A DNA stretch of 64,000 bases from an uncultured Solirubrobacterales bacterium (GTDB lineage: Bacteria > Actinomycetota > Thermoleophilia > Solirubrobacterales > JBBDJG01): NCBI GenBank assembly GCA_963826005.1, contig CAWGVJ010000002.1, positions 267,385-331,384 on the forward strand, read 5' to 3'. A program made the translations under genes and the position numbers. Below, in pieces: positions 1 through 13,883 of the stretch (its first letter is position 1; every line of letters begins with the position of its first letter). The notes under the pieces are model-generated. The model worked only from the letters and a program-made list of their open reading frames with translations. It was not told the DNA's origin and did no database searches.

Positions 1-119
1 CGCGGCTGCTGTGGGTTCGGAGCGATCAGGTCGAGCGGGATGCGGTGCAGCGTCTCGTCGTCACCGGTGCTGGCCGGCAGGATCGCCGCGAGTCCTCGTC
101 CGATACCTCTCTCAACCAC
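1..119 (-). CDS. parB: ParB/Spo0J partition protein, N-terminal fragment (gene runs off the left edge)
   Basis: My own minus-strand translation from the GTG at 119 gives VVERGIGRGLAAILPASTGDDETLHRIPLDLIAPNPQQP. This matches the conserved ParB N-terminus (GLGRGLxALL ... PNPxQPR). The GTG overlaps the parA stop (GTGGTTGA). Confidence 0.8.
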   Translation of the reverse strand, partial: MVERGIGRGLAAILPASTGDDETLHRIPLDLIAPNPQQP

Positions 120-876
120 GACCGACGACCTCCTTGGCAAGCTCGAAGTAAGCATCCGTTCCGGCGCAGTGCGGATCGTGATGGATCACGGGCCGCCCGT
201 AGCTGGGCGCCTCGCTGATGCGCACGTTACGCGGTATGACGGTGCGCAGGACCAGCCCCTGGAAGTGGCGGCGCAGCTCGTTCTCGACGTCCTGGGCGAG
301 TCGCGTACGGCTGTCGTACATCGTCAGCAGCATGCCCGCCACCTCGAGCCGGGGGTTCAGCTCGCGCTGGATCAGACCGAGCGTGTCGAGGAACTGCGCG
401 AGCCCCTCGAGCGCGAGGTACTCGGCCTGCACCGGGACGATCACGCGGTCCGCGGCGACCAGCGCGTTCACCGACAGCGGCCCCAGCGACGGCGGGCAGT
501 CGAGCACGATCTGCTCGTAGCGATCGCGCGCGGGCTGCAGCATCTCGCGCAGCCGCTGCTCGGAGGAATCCATGCGCGGCAACTCGACGGTCGCGCCCGC
601 CAGGTCCGGCGTGGAGGGCACCACGTCGAGCGAGCCGATCGCGGACGGCATGGCGGCCTCCTCGACCGATGTGCCGTCCAGCAGGCAGGTGTACGTATTG
701 ACGTCGCGGTCCTTCGGCAGTCCGAGCGCCACCGTCGCGTTGCACTGCGGGTCGAGGTCGACCAGCAGCGTGCGGCAGCCCGCCTCGGCGACACAGGCCG
801 CGAGATTGACGGCGGTCGTGGTCTTCCCCACGCCGCCCTTCTGATTTGCCACCGCATATACAGTCGCCATCGCCAC
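112..876 (-). CDS. parA: ParA/Soj chromosome-partitioning ATPase
   Basis: Intact 254-aa ORF with the deviant Walker A KGGVGKTT at the N-terminus and a full-length Soj-like sequence (VIPRNVRISEAPSYGRPV). It sits in the classic position upstream of parB. Confidence 0.95.
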   Translation of the reverse strand: MAMATVYAVANQKGGVGKTTTAVNLAACVAEAGCRTLLVDLDPQCNATVALGLPKDRDVNTYTCLLDGTSVEEAAMPSAIGSLDVVPSTPDLAGATVELPRMDSSEQRLREMLQPARDRYEQIVLDCPPSLGPLSVNALVAADRVIVPVQAEYLALEGLAQFLDTLGLIQRELNPRLEVAGMLLTMYDSRTRLAQDVENELRRHFQGLVLRTVIPRNVRISEAPSYGRPVIHHDPHCAGTDAYFELAKEVVGRG

Positions 877-942
877 GAGGCCGAAGATACAGGCGTCCGC
901 GGTCGTAGCGGCCGCCTGCCTGCCCCCGCTCCTGGGCGTTCA

Positions 943-1054
943 GTTCGGCGCCGAACCGTTCGTTCCTGCTGCGATCCTCACGAGCCGGCTGACCGTTCGG
1001 CCCCGAACTTCCGGCCCGCGGTGTTCGCGCGGACTGATGGTTCGGGTCCGAACC
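943..1054. promoter_or_regulatory. Three GTTCGG-N2-CCGAAC palindromes in the rsmG-parA intergenic region (candidate operator or centromere-like sites)
   Basis: GTTCGGCGCCGAAC at 943-956, GTTCGGCCCCGAAC at 995-1008 and GGTTCGGGTCCGAACC at 1039-1054. I did not see this palindrome anywhere else in the window. Confidence 0.45.
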
Positions 1055-1069
1055 ACCTCCCATGGCGCT

Positions 1070-1810
1070 TCAGGCCAAGGGGTGCTTGCGGGCGGCTCCG
1101 GCGCGCCGCGGGAACTCGAGCGGCGTCAGCCTCACCTTCTCGTAGAGGTGGAGATTGTGGGACCGGCTGGCCGGAAACGGGTGGACACGTTCGACGCCGG
1201 CGAGCTCCAGCCCGACGCCGGCGGCGGCCTGCTCCCCGGCCTGCTCCTCCGCCGGGTCACGCTCTCCCTTCCATGCGATCAGCCCGCCGCCGGGCGCCAG
1301 CAGCGGGGCCGCATACTCGACCAGGACGGCCAGCGGCGCGAGCGCCCTGGCCAGCACGCCCTCGTAGCGTTCCCGGGCCTCGCCGCGGGCCCAGTCCTCG
1401 GCGCGGGAGTTGACGACCCTCACGCGGTCGAGGCCCAGGCGCCGCGCCGCGGACTCCATGAACTCGCACTTGCGGCGCACGGATTCGATCAGGTCGAACG
1501 CCACGCCCGGGCGCGCGATCGCCAGCGGCAGGCCGGGAAACCCGGCGCCGCTGCCGATGTCCGCCATCCGCGCAACCCCGTCCCGGCGGGCCGCCAGATC
1601 GTCGAGGTAGGGCAGGGCGCTGAGGCTGTCCGCCACGTGCACGAACGCGGCCGCGTCCGGGTCGCGGACGGAAGTGGCCGCACGCGGGTCATCGCGCACG
1701 AGCGTCAGCAGGGTGGAGAGCCGGGCCTGCGCGTCCGAGTCCAGGGACCATTCACGTGCGACAGCTTCCAGGCGCGGGGCCGCCGCCCCCTCCTCCGCTC
1801 CGCGTTTCAC
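1070..1810 (-). CDS. rsmG: 16S rRNA (guanine527-N7)-methyltransferase RsmG (GidB)
   Basis: Intact 246-aa ORF with a GTG start. It carries the SAM-binding motif DIGSGAGFPGLPLA and lies in the conserved position between jag and parA. Confidence 0.9.
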   Translation of the reverse strand: MKRGAEEGAAAPRLEAVAREWSLDSDAQARLSTLLTLVRDDPRAATSVRDPDAAAFVHVADSLSALPYLDDLAARRDGVARMADIGSGAGFPGLPLAIARPGVAFDLIESVRRKCEFMESAARRLGLDRVRVVNSRAEDWARGEARERYEGVLARALAPLAVLVEYAAPLLAPGGGLIAWKGERDPAEEQAGEQAAAGVGLELAGVERVHPFPASRSHNLHLYEKVRLTPLEFPRRAGAARKHPLA

Positions 1811-1820
1811 GTTTTACGCG

Positions 1821-2528
1821 CTAGCCGCTCGGGCCGGGGCGCAGCGGGGTGATCACGATCCTGCGGAAGGGCTCCTCGCCCTCGGAATGGGTGTCCACCT
1901 CGACGCGATCCTTCAGGTAGTTGTGGACGACCTTGCGCTCCTGCGATCCCATCGTGTCCAGCTCGATCGCGCGTCCATATCGCAGCGCGTCCGAGACCCC
2001 GCGGTCCGCCTGCCGCTTCAGCACTCCGTCGCGGCGCTCGCGATAGCCGGCGGCGTCCACCACGACGGGCCGCCGGTCCTCGCTGCCGCGGAACGCGGCC
2101 TGCGTGCAGACCGACTGGAGCGCGTCGAGCGTCTGCCCGTGCTTGCCGATCAAGAGCCCCAGCTCGGTCCCGCTCACCTCGGCCCAGATCTCGTCGTCGC
2201 GCTCCGTGATGTCGACGCTGGCCCGCAGGCCCAGGGCCGACACGACCCGCCGCAGGATCTCGCGCACGCGCTCGATCGGGTCTTCGGGCCACTCGAACTC
2301 CGCCTCCGCCGCCCGCCACAGCTCCAGGTCAGCCGTCGCCAACACCCGCGTCAGCGGGCCGCCGTCCCGCTCCTCGCGCTCCTCGACCACCTCGAACCGG
2401 ACGTGCTCCACGGAGATGCCCGGATAGCTGTGCTCGAGCTCCTTCATCGCCGCCCACTTCGCGGCGCCCATGCTCGACCCCTCGGCCTCGGCCTGCCCCG
2501 CGCTCGGCTCGTGCGAGTCGTCAGCCAA
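1821..2528 (-). CDS. jag: Jag/KhpB-like RNA-binding protein (KH + R3H domains)
   Basis: 235-aa ORF. It has a KH-like GLLIGKHGQTLDALQ segment and a C-terminal R3H-like segment (MGSQERKVVHNYL). It lies downstream of yidC, as in most bacteria. Confidence 0.85.
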   Translation of the reverse strand: MADDSHEPSAGQAEAEGSSMGAAKWAAMKELEHSYPGISVEHVRFEVVEEREERDGGPLTRVLATADLELWRAAEAEFEWPEDPIERVREILRRVVSALGLRASVDITERDDEIWAEVSGTELGLLIGKHGQTLDALQSVCTQAAFRGSEDRRPVVVDAAGYRERRDGVLKRQADRGVSDALRYGRAIELDTMGSQERKVVHNYLKDRVEVDTHSEGEEPFRRIVITPLRPGPSG

Positions 2529-2537
2529 GTTCCAGCC

Positions 2538-3335
2538 TCAACGCCGGCGGCGCTTCTTCCTGCGGGGAGGGGGTGGTGGTGGGCGTTGCGGAGCTACCGG
2601 CGCGGACCTTCCGCCGCCGTCGACGAGCGCTGCCGCAGGTCGCGGACCCCCGACCGCGACGGCCGGCGGGGGCGAGAACCGGCGCACGACCAGCGACTGC
2701 CCCAGGGTCCAGAAGTTCGTCGTGATCCAGTAGATGAGCAGGCCGGCCGGGAAATTCGGGACCAGCGCCGCAAAGACGAGCGGCAGCAGCAGCATGATGC
2801 GCTGCTGCGTCTTGTCGGCCGTCGCGGACATCACCAGCGTGGACGCCATCTGCGACCCGATGAACAGCACCATCAACACCACGAGCACCGCACCCGTCGC
2901 CGGTTCGGTGATGTTGTCGATGAAGAGGAAACCCTGATCGGGCGAGGCCAGCACCTGCGCCTTGAACTCGGCGCCCTTCAGCAGGTAGAAGAGCGCCAGG
3001 AAGACCGGTAGCTGCAGTAACAGGGGGAGGCACGAGGCGAACGGGTTGACCTTGTTGTCCCGGTAGAACTTCATCATCTCCTGCTGCTGGCGCTGCTTGT
3101 CGTCCTTGTACTTCGCCTGGATCTCCTTGATCTGCGGCTGCAGCACGCGCAGCGCGTTCATCGAGCGGATCTGCTTCATCGTGAGCGGGATCATCAGCGA
3201 CCGCACGATCACGGTCAGCCCGACGATCGACCACCCCCAGGTCAGCCCGACGTCGTCGTGCAGAGACGTGATCAACCAGTCGGCGGCGTCGACCAGGGGC
3301 CCGGTCGTCAAGAAGTTGGCGATAACGAGACTCAT
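2538..3335 (-). CDS. yidC: Membrane protein insertase YidC
   Basis: 265-aa ORF of the short Gram-positive type. It has conserved LPLTMKQ-like [11 protein letters not shown] and [23 protein letters not shown], plus a basic C-terminal tail. Confidence 0.9.
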   Translation of the reverse strand: MSLVIANFLTTGPLVDAADWLITSLHDDVGLTWGWSIVGLTVIVRSLMIPLTMKQIRSMNALRVLQPQIKEIQAKYKDDKQRQQQEMMKFYRDNKVNPFASCLPLLLQLPVFLALFYLLKGAEFKAQVLASPDQGFLFIDNITEPATGAVLVVLMVLFIGSQMASTLVMSATADKTQQRIMLLLPLVFAALVPNFPAGLLIYWITTNFWTLGQSLVVRRFSPPPAVAVGGPRPAAALVDGGGRSAPVAPQRPPPPPPRRKKRRRR

Positions 3336-3574
3336 CGGAACAGGCGCTGTGCGCTGACGGGGTCATACCCGCCGTGGCTGAAGGGGTTGCAGCGGAGCAC
3401 CCGCCACACGGCCAGCACGATCCCGCGCAGCGGGCCATACGTGCGAATCGCCTCCGCCGCGTAGGCCGAGCACGTCGGCTCGTACTTGCACCTGCGCGGC
3501 AGCGCAGGTGAGATCACGCGCTGGTACAAGCGGATCGGAGCGGTCAGCGCCCGCGCTGCCGGCGAGGTCGCCAC
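3332..3574 (-). CDS. yidD: Membrane protein insertion efficiency factor YidD
   Basis: The ORF contains [27 protein letters not shown]...[12 protein letters not shown] chose the GTG at 3574, which lies just after the rnpA stop (3576-3578). The ORF-track start at 3667 would overlap rnpA. Confidence 0.8.
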   Translation of the reverse strand: MATSPAARALTAPIRLYQRVISPALPRRCKYEPTCSAYAAEAIRTYGPLRGIVLAVWRVLRCNPFSHGGYDPVSAQRLFR

Positions 3575-3575
3575 C

Positions 3576-3995
3576 TCAGGCCTCGCGCTCCGCGGGGCGG
3601 CTCTCGAGGCGCCCGAGCAACTCCGCCAACTCGTCGCGCACTCCGTCCATCCCCGCATCCGCGACATCGGCGGCGCCGGCGCGCGCGACGATCACGAAGT
3701 CGTGCCCCTCGGGCAGCTGCTGGTCGAGCGCCCAGAAGGCCTCGCGCAACACACGCTTGACGCGGTTGCGATCGACGGCGCCGCCCACCTTGCGGCCCAC
3801 GGAGACGCCCAGCCGCACCGCCGGCTCGGTGTCCGGCCGGTCCTCGTCGTCGACGGCGGCCGACGGGAATGCGTACAGCACGAACGAGCGTGTCGCGGCG
3901 GAACGCCCGCGACGGTACACGCGATCGAAGTCGGCGCTGCGGGTCAGCCGAGGACGCCTGTGTCGCATGCCGCCCCGGCGTTCGTTCATCGCCAC
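3576..3995 (-). CDS. rnpA: Ribonuclease P protein component
   Basis: 139-aa basic ORF with the RNase P protein signature region ([17 protein letters not shown]). It lies directly downstream of rpmH. Confidence 0.85.
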   Translation of the reverse strand: MAMNERRGGMRHRRPRLTRSADFDRVYRRGRSAATRSFVLYAFPSAAVDDEDRPDTEPAVRLGVSVGRKVGGAVDRNRVKRVLREAFWALDQQLPEGHDFVIVARAGAADVADAGMDGVRDELAELLGRLESRPAEREA

Positions 3996-4005
3996 GGGTC
4001 GCGCC

Positions 4006-4140
4006 TCAGACCGTCAGGCGCGAACGTCCCTTCCTGCGCCGGCGCTTGATGGTGATGCGGCCGGCGCGCGTGCGCATACGAGCACGGAATCCGTGCGTTC
4101 GCGCGCGCTTGCGCTTCTTGGGCTGGTACGTTCGCTTCAT
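4006..4140 (-). CDS. rpmH: 50S ribosomal protein L34
   Basis: Internal ATG at 4140 in ORF 4006..4227 gives [44 protein letters not shown], the canonical 44-aa L34. Confidence 0.92.
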   Translation of the reverse strand: MKRTYQPKKRKRARTHGFRARMRTRAGRITIKRRRRKGRSRLTV

Positions 4141-4442
4141 CGGAGAGGCAGAGTGACGGCGCGGATCCGGCGGGAACCGCGCACGGGCGCTCAGTATAAG
4201 GCCTCCCTCGCCCGGTTCCGGCGGCACCGTCGCACCTCCCGTGCGACATGTTCCCGCGAAGCGTTCCGGCGCCCCACAGCGCGGCGCACATCTTTTGGAC
4301 GCGTAATGCGCGAAGGCTCCTTGATGGCTCCCGGGCCCCGGAGGAAGCTCTCCGGAGCGCGGCTAGAATCGCGCGCTCCGCGGGGCAGGACGGTAGCCCT
4401 CCACAACCGCGCGGAGTCCCTTCGAAGTCGTCGCGAGGACGC

Positions 4443-5747
4443 GTGGAAGATCGGGTCGAGGAGATATGGCGCCACGTCGATGACACCCTGCGCGGCGCAC
4501 TCCCGCCCGAGGTGTATCGAGTGTGGATCGAGCCGCTTTCGCCGGCGGGGGTCCAGGACGGCGTCCTCTACCTGAAGGCGTCGGCGACGGCGCGCGAGTG
4601 GGTCCGGCGGCGCTTCGGGGACCTGCTCGACGAGGCCGCCGCCGCACACCCCGCGGTTACCCGCATCGAGCTGATCGCCGGCGACGGTCTGCCCGCGGCC
4701 GATGCCGGACACCTCGACCTCAAGCCGAGCTATACGTTCGACGCGTTCGTGATCGGTGCAGCGAACCGCTTTGCGCATGCTGCCTCGCTGGCGGTCGCCG
4801 AGCTCCCCGGGCAGGTCTACAACCCGCTGTTCATCTGCGGGCCACCCGGGGTGGGCAAGACACACCTGCTCCAGGCGATCGGGAACTACGTATCGCTGTG
4901 CGTGAGCGGGCTGACCGTGCGCTACGCCAACGCCGAGACCTTCACCAGCCAGTTCCTGGCGGCGCTCCAGCACAACCGGATCCCGACCTTCAAGCAGCGC
5001 TATCGCTCCGTGGACGTGCTGCTGCTCGACGACGTCCAGTTCCTCGAGAACAAGGAGCGCACCGCGGAGGAGTTCCTCTACACGATCGAGGCCGCGCTCA
5101 ACGCCGGCGCACAGGTCGTGCTCTCCGCCGACCGGCCGCCGGCCGCCATGCCCCTGCTGCACGCTCCGCTGAAGGGACGGTTCGAGGGCGGGCTCCTGGT
5201 CGAGCTCGCGCCGCCGGGCCAGGCTGTGCGGCGCGCCATCCTCCGGCGGCTGGCCGGTCCCGAGGCGGCCGCGCTGACCGCCAGCGGAGTGCTGGACCTG
5301 CTCGCCCAGCGGGTCGCCGGCAGCGTGCGCTCGCTCGAGAGCGCGCTGGTCCGCGCGCGTGCATACGCATCCTTGACCCAGCAGCCTCTGACCATCGAGC
5401 TGGCCGAGCAGGTGCTGGCCGCGATCGCCCCCCAGATCACCGAGGCATCCGCCGCCACCCTCTCCATCGAGCGGATCCAGGACCGCACCTCACGCGCTCT
5501 GCAGGTCGAGCCGGACTCCCTTGCCTCGGCCAGGCGCAACCGTCAGGTTGTCTATGCTCGCCAGGTCGCCATGTACCTGTGCCGCGAGCTCACCGACCAC
5601 TCCCTGCCTGCGATTGCACTGCGTTTCGGAGGCCGCGACCACACCACGGTCCTCCATGCCCATCGCAAGGTCCAGCGGCAGCTGCTCGTCGACTCATCCA
5701 CAAGGAAGCTTGTGGATGAACTCGTCCGCGAGCTGAAGGACGCCTGA
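4443..5747 (+). CDS. dnaA: Chromosomal replication initiator DnaA
   Basis: ORF 4248..5747 is intact. It has the AAA+ Walker [17 protein letters not shown] and a C-terminal DNA-binding domain ([15 protein letters not shown]...[11 protein letters not shown]). I chose the GTG at 4443 ([12 protein letters not shown]...) behind a GAGGA-like site. The exact start is uncertain. Confidence 0.93.
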   Translation: MEDRVEEIWRHVDDTLRGALPPEVYRVWIEPLSPAGVQDGVLYLKASATAREWVRRRFGDLLDEAAAAHPAVTRIELIAGDGLPAADAGHLDLKPSYTFDAFVIGAANRFAHAASLAVAELPGQVYNPLFICGPPGVGKTHLLQAIGNYVSLCVSGLTVRYANAETFTSQFLAALQHNRIPTFKQRYRSVDVLLLDDVQFLENKERTAEEFLYTIEAALNAGAQVVLSADRPPAAMPLLHAPLKGRFEGGLLVELAPPGQAVRRAILRRLAGPEAAALTASGVLDLLAQRVAGSVRSLESALVRARAYASLTQQPLTIELAEQVLAAIAPQITEASAATLSIERIQDRTSRALQVEPDSLASARRNRQVVYARQVAMYLCRELTDHSLPAIALRFGGRDHTTVLHAHRKVQRQLLVDSSTRKLVDELVRELKDA

Positions 5748-5841
5748 GACCCGTGTCCCGCACAATCACCTCACAGCCAGCCCCACAGGAGACAACGCCC
5801 CTCTTTGCGTCCTCCCGCAGGGTTCAACCAGAGAATCCACA
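5694..5841. promoter_or_regulatory. DnaA-box cluster (candidate oriC core) at the dnaA 3' end and in the dnaA-dnaN spacer
   Basis: A perfect inverted pair, TCATCCACAAG-gaag-CTTGTGGATGA, lies at 5694-5719, and AATCCACA lies at 5834-5841. All resemble the TTATCCACA consensus. A locally AT-richer stretch at 5844-5870 precedes dnaN. Confidence 0.4.
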
Positions 5842-5877
5842 CCTCTACTCCCTTTCATACCTATAGGGGTCGCCTGA

Positions 5878-6996
5878 ATGAAGTTTTCCGTCGAAAGGCA
5901 ACCGTTCCTCTCCGAGCTCCAGCTCGTGACCCGTGCTGCCGCAACCCGCTCCGCCATCCCCGCCCTCGGCGGTGTGATGCTGAACGCGTCCGGCGAGAGC
6001 CTCGGCCTCTCCGCGACCGACACGGAGCTCGCGCTCCAGTCGAGCATCCCGGCCAAGGTCGAACAGGAAGGCACACTGCTCCTGCCGGCGCGGTTGCTCC
6101 TGGACATCGTGCGCGTCGCGGACGGCGACACCGTCTCGATCGAGGCCGCCTCGGACCAGGGCGTCGTCAAGGTCACGTCCCAGCGCGCCTCGTTCTCGGT
6201 GCGCACGCTGCCCGCGGCCGACTTCCCGAAGCTTCCTTCCACCGCCGGCGAGACCGCGGTGCAACTCGACGCCGGCGCCCTCGCGGCGACCATCGAGCGC
6301 GTCGCGAAAGCCGCCTCACGTGACGAGACGCGACCCGTGCTCACAGGGATCCTGGTTTCGCTCGAGGACGGGACGCTGCGGATGGTCGCGACCGACTCGT
6401 ACCGGCTGAGCGTGAAGGAGTCGACCGTGCCCGGGATGGACGGCAGCGCCTTCGAGGCGAACGTGCCCGCGCGGGCGCTGCAGGAGCTCGGCCGCGTGGT
6501 GGCGGAGACCCAGCCGGAGTCGGTCGCGATCGTCACCAAGGACAACCAGGTCGTGTTCGAGTCCGGCCGCGTGACGCTGTCGTCGCGTCTGATCGATGGT
6601 CAATTCCCGAACTATCGCCAGCTGCTGCCCGAGTCCTATGAGCACGACGTCGTGGTGGAGAAGTCGGAGCTGCTCGGGGTGGTGCGGCGCGTGAGCCTGA
6701 TGGCGCAGCGCAACGCACCGCTGCGGCTGCGCTTCGAGCAGGGCTCGGTGACGCTGTCCGCGCAGACACCCGATGTCGGCGAGGCGTCGGAGTCGGTCCC
6801 CGTCAACTACGAGGGCGACGCGCTCGAGATCGGGTTCAACCCACAGTTCCTGCAAGACGGCCTGGAGAGCGTGGGCGCCAAAGAGGTGCGCCTGCGCCTG
6901 ATCAGCGCGCTCCGCCCAGGTCTGATCGAAGCCGCGGGCGAGGGTGAGGAGGACGAGTTCCTCTACCTCATCATGCCCGTGCGCCTGAACGTGTAG
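5878..6996 (+). CDS. dnaN: DNA polymerase III beta sliding clamp
   Basis: Intact 372-aa ORF with the typical DnaN N-terminus (MKFSVERQPFLSELQLV) and the expected length. It lies directly after dnaA. Confidence 0.95.
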   Translation: MKFSVERQPFLSELQLVTRAAATRSAIPALGGVMLNASGESLGLSATDTELALQSSIPAKVEQEGTLLLPARLLLDIVRVADGDTVSIEAASDQGVVKVTSQRASFSVRTLPAADFPKLPSTAGETAVQLDAGALAATIERVAKAASRDETRPVLTGILVSLEDGTLRMVATDSYRLSVKESTVPGMDGSAFEANVPARALQELGRVVAETQPESVAIVTKDNQVVFESGRVTLSSRLIDGQFPNYRQLLPESYEHDVVVEKSELLGVVRRVSLMAQRNAPLRLRFEQGSVTLSAQTPDVGEASESVPVNYEGDALEIGFNPQFLQDGLESVGAKEVRLRLISALRPGLIEAAGEGEEDEFLYLIMPVRLNV

Positions 6997-7000
6997 GTCC

Positions 7001-8110
7001 TTGCACGTCTCGCGCCTCGAGGTCCGCGACTTCCGCAGCCACGAGCGCGCCGAGCTCGACCTGAGCGACGGCATCACGGTGCTCGAGGGCCCGGTCGGCG
7101 CCGGCAAGACGAATCTCGTGGAGGCGGTGCACGTCGGGTGCATGGGCCGTTCCTTCAGGACGTCGAACGAGCGCGAGCTGATCCGGTTCGGCGCAAAGAC
7201 GGCGCGCGTCCATCTCCACGTGCAGGCCGCCGGCGCGGACCACACCACCGACGTCGTGCTGCAGTCGAGCGGGCCGAAGACGGTGCGCCGGGACGGCACT
7301 CGCGTGACGCACCCGCAGGCCGGCGATCCACCCTTCTTCGCGTGCGTGTTCGCCCCGGACCACCTCGAGCTCGTGAAGGGTCCGGCCGGCGGCCGGCGCG
7401 CGCGCCTGGACGACCTCACCGCCACGGTGTGGCCGGCCCGCCGTGCGACCCGCGCGGCGTACGCCAAGGCGCTGGCCCAGCGCAACGCGTTGCTCGGCCG
7501 CGTGCGCGCCCGCGCCGCGGGGCCCGATTCGCTGCACGTGTGGGACCGCGAGCTGGCCCGCCACGGCCTGGAGTTGATGGAGCACCGGCGCGAGCTGGTC
7601 GAGGCGCTGAGCGGCCCATTCGTGCAGCGTGCGGCAGAGCTGGGCCTGGCGGGCCCCGTCTCGATTGCATACCGGCCGCGCAGCAACGCGCACACGGCCG
7701 CGGAGCTCGAGGACGAGCTGCGTGAGCGCCTCGACGCCGATCTCGACCGCGGCTTCACGATGCACGGCCCGCATCGCGACGATCTCGTCCTGCACGCCGC
7801 GGGCCGCGACCTGCGCCGTTACGGATCGCAGGGACAGCAGCGGCTGGGGCTGCTCTCGCTGCTGCTCGCAGAACGCGACGTGCTCAGGAACGCACGTGAC
7901 ACGAGCCCGGTGATGCTGCTCGACGACGTCTTGAGCGAGCTCGACCCGGAACGACGCGACCGGCTGCTGGCCACGCTCTCCGATCGCGGTCAGACCCTCA
8001 TCTCGACGGCCGACCGGCGCACGGTGCCGGCCGGGGTGGACGTCGCCTGGCTGTCCGTGCGGCCGCCCGCGGTGGACGACGAGCTGGAGCGTGCGGAGGA
8101 GATCGCGTGA
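7001..8110 (+). CDS. recF: DNA replication/repair protein RecF
   Basis: Intact 369-aa ORF with a TTG start. It has Walker A GPVGAGKTNLVEA and an SMC-like signature region (GSQGQQRLGLLSLLLAE). Confidence 0.95.
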   Translation: MHVSRLEVRDFRSHERAELDLSDGITVLEGPVGAGKTNLVEAVHVGCMGRSFRTSNERELIRFGAKTARVHLHVQAAGADHTTDVVLQSSGPKTVRRDGTRVTHPQAGDPPFFACVFAPDHLELVKGPAGGRRARLDDLTATVWPARRATRAAYAKALAQRNALLGRVRARAAGPDSLHVWDRELARHGLELMEHRRELVEALSGPFVQRAAELGLAGPVSIAYRPRSNAHTAAELEDELRERLDADLDRGFTMHGPHRDDLVLHAAGRDLRRYGSQGQQRLGLLSLLLAERDVLRNARDTSPVMLLDDVLSELDPERRDRLLATLSDRGQTLISTADRRTVPAGVDVAWLSVRPPAVDDELERAEEIA

Positions 8111-8400
8111 GCCGGCGCCCCCGCCCGCTCGCCGACGTCCTGCCCGGCGTGAAGCAGAGGCTGGCGCCCGCGACGGTGCTTGCGGGCGTGCAGGACGGGT
8201 GGGTCCAGGCGGCCGGCGCGGAGGTGGCACGGCACTGCGAGCCGGTCTCCGAGCGAGGGGGCGTGGTCACCGTGCGCTGCGAGTCCGGGGTCTGGGCGGC
8301 CGAGCTTTCGATGATGTCCCAGCAGCTGCTGGAGCGCCTCAACCAGGCCCGCGCGGCCGGCAGCCAGGTGCGCGAGATCCGCTTCGTCGTGGGCGCCTGA
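8107..8400 (+). CDS. DUF721 protein (DciA-like; conserved recF-gyrB spacer gene of actinobacteria)
   Basis: 97-aa ORF that overlaps the recF stop. Its size, position and C-terminal half (VVTVRCESGVWAAELSMMSQQLLERLN) fit DUF721. Confidence 0.75.
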   Translation: MSRRPRPLADVLPGVKQRLAPATVLAGVQDGWVQAAGAEVARHCEPVSERGGVVTVRCESGVWAAELSMMSQQLLERLNQARAAGSQVREIRFVVGA

Positions 8401-8545
8401 GGGTCCCGCGCCGAGGCGTCTAGGCGCCCCTCTAGAGTCTCCGATGCGGCTCGCGCGCCCCCGCGGGTTCCGGGTCACCCTGGTGCGCGTTTTTCCGCAT
8501 TACAGAGGGAAATTTCCACGACTAGAGCGCCAGATCTGGCACCTC

Positions 8546-8575
8546 AACCTGCTAAAATTCGGAGCAGGTTTTTAT
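8546..8575 (+). terminator. Candidate intrinsic terminator after the dnaA...DUF721 gene string
   Basis: An 8-bp stem (AACCTGCT at 8546-8553 pairing with AGCAGGTT at 8563-8570) with a 9-nt loop, followed by a T run (GTTTTTAT). Confidence 0.45.
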
Positions 8576-8606
8576 GCGCTCGCCGCCGCGCGCACACCGC
8601 AGCTGA

Positions 8607-11183
<2,577 letters not shown>

Positions 11184-11186
<3 letters not shown>

Positions 11187-11257
11187 CTACCGGTCAGGCT
11201 CGAACGAGCCTGACAAGGACGCAGCGGCGCAGGCAAGCGAGCGTAGCGGTAGCTACG
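11184..11257 (+). other. Structured gyrB-gyrA intercistronic segment (nested and mutually exclusive stems)
   Basis: There is a 10-bp hairpin (GTCAGGCTCG at 11193-11202 with CGAGCCTGAC at 11205-11214). It is enclosed by a 9-bp stem (TAGCTACCG at 11184-11192 with CGGTAGCTA at 11247-11255). That stem competes with a local hairpin, CGTAGC-ggta-GCTACG, at 11242-11257. Confidence 0.35.
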
Positions 11258-11310
11258 TGAGTGCAGCCGAGCACGCGAGGACACAGTCAGGGAAGGTTTG
11301 CAGGTGCCTG

Positions 11311-13870
<2,560 letters not shown>

Positions 13871-13883
13871 GCCGAGCTAGGCG

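Noticed and set aside
40-1413. Very long ORFs antisense to, or out of frame with, the genes called here. Examples are 40..1413(+), 6316..7758(-), 8676..9776(-), 9843..11156(-), 11287..13314(-), 40515..42710(+) and 59108..61660(+, 850 aa).
   Set aside because: Their products are Arg/Ala/Pro/Gly-rich low-complexity strings with no recognisable motifs. Each lies opposite to, or overlapping, a gene with unmistakable homology. This is the classic stop-codon-poor shadow-ORF effect in very GC-rich DNA.
1804-1817. parS-like sequence GTTTCACGTTTTAC at the rsmG start codon.
   Set aside because: Only 11 of 14 positions match GTTTCACGTGAAAC, and the dyad symmetry is lost. One half is simply the GTGAAACGC start of rsmG. 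This is too degenerate to call parS without binding data.
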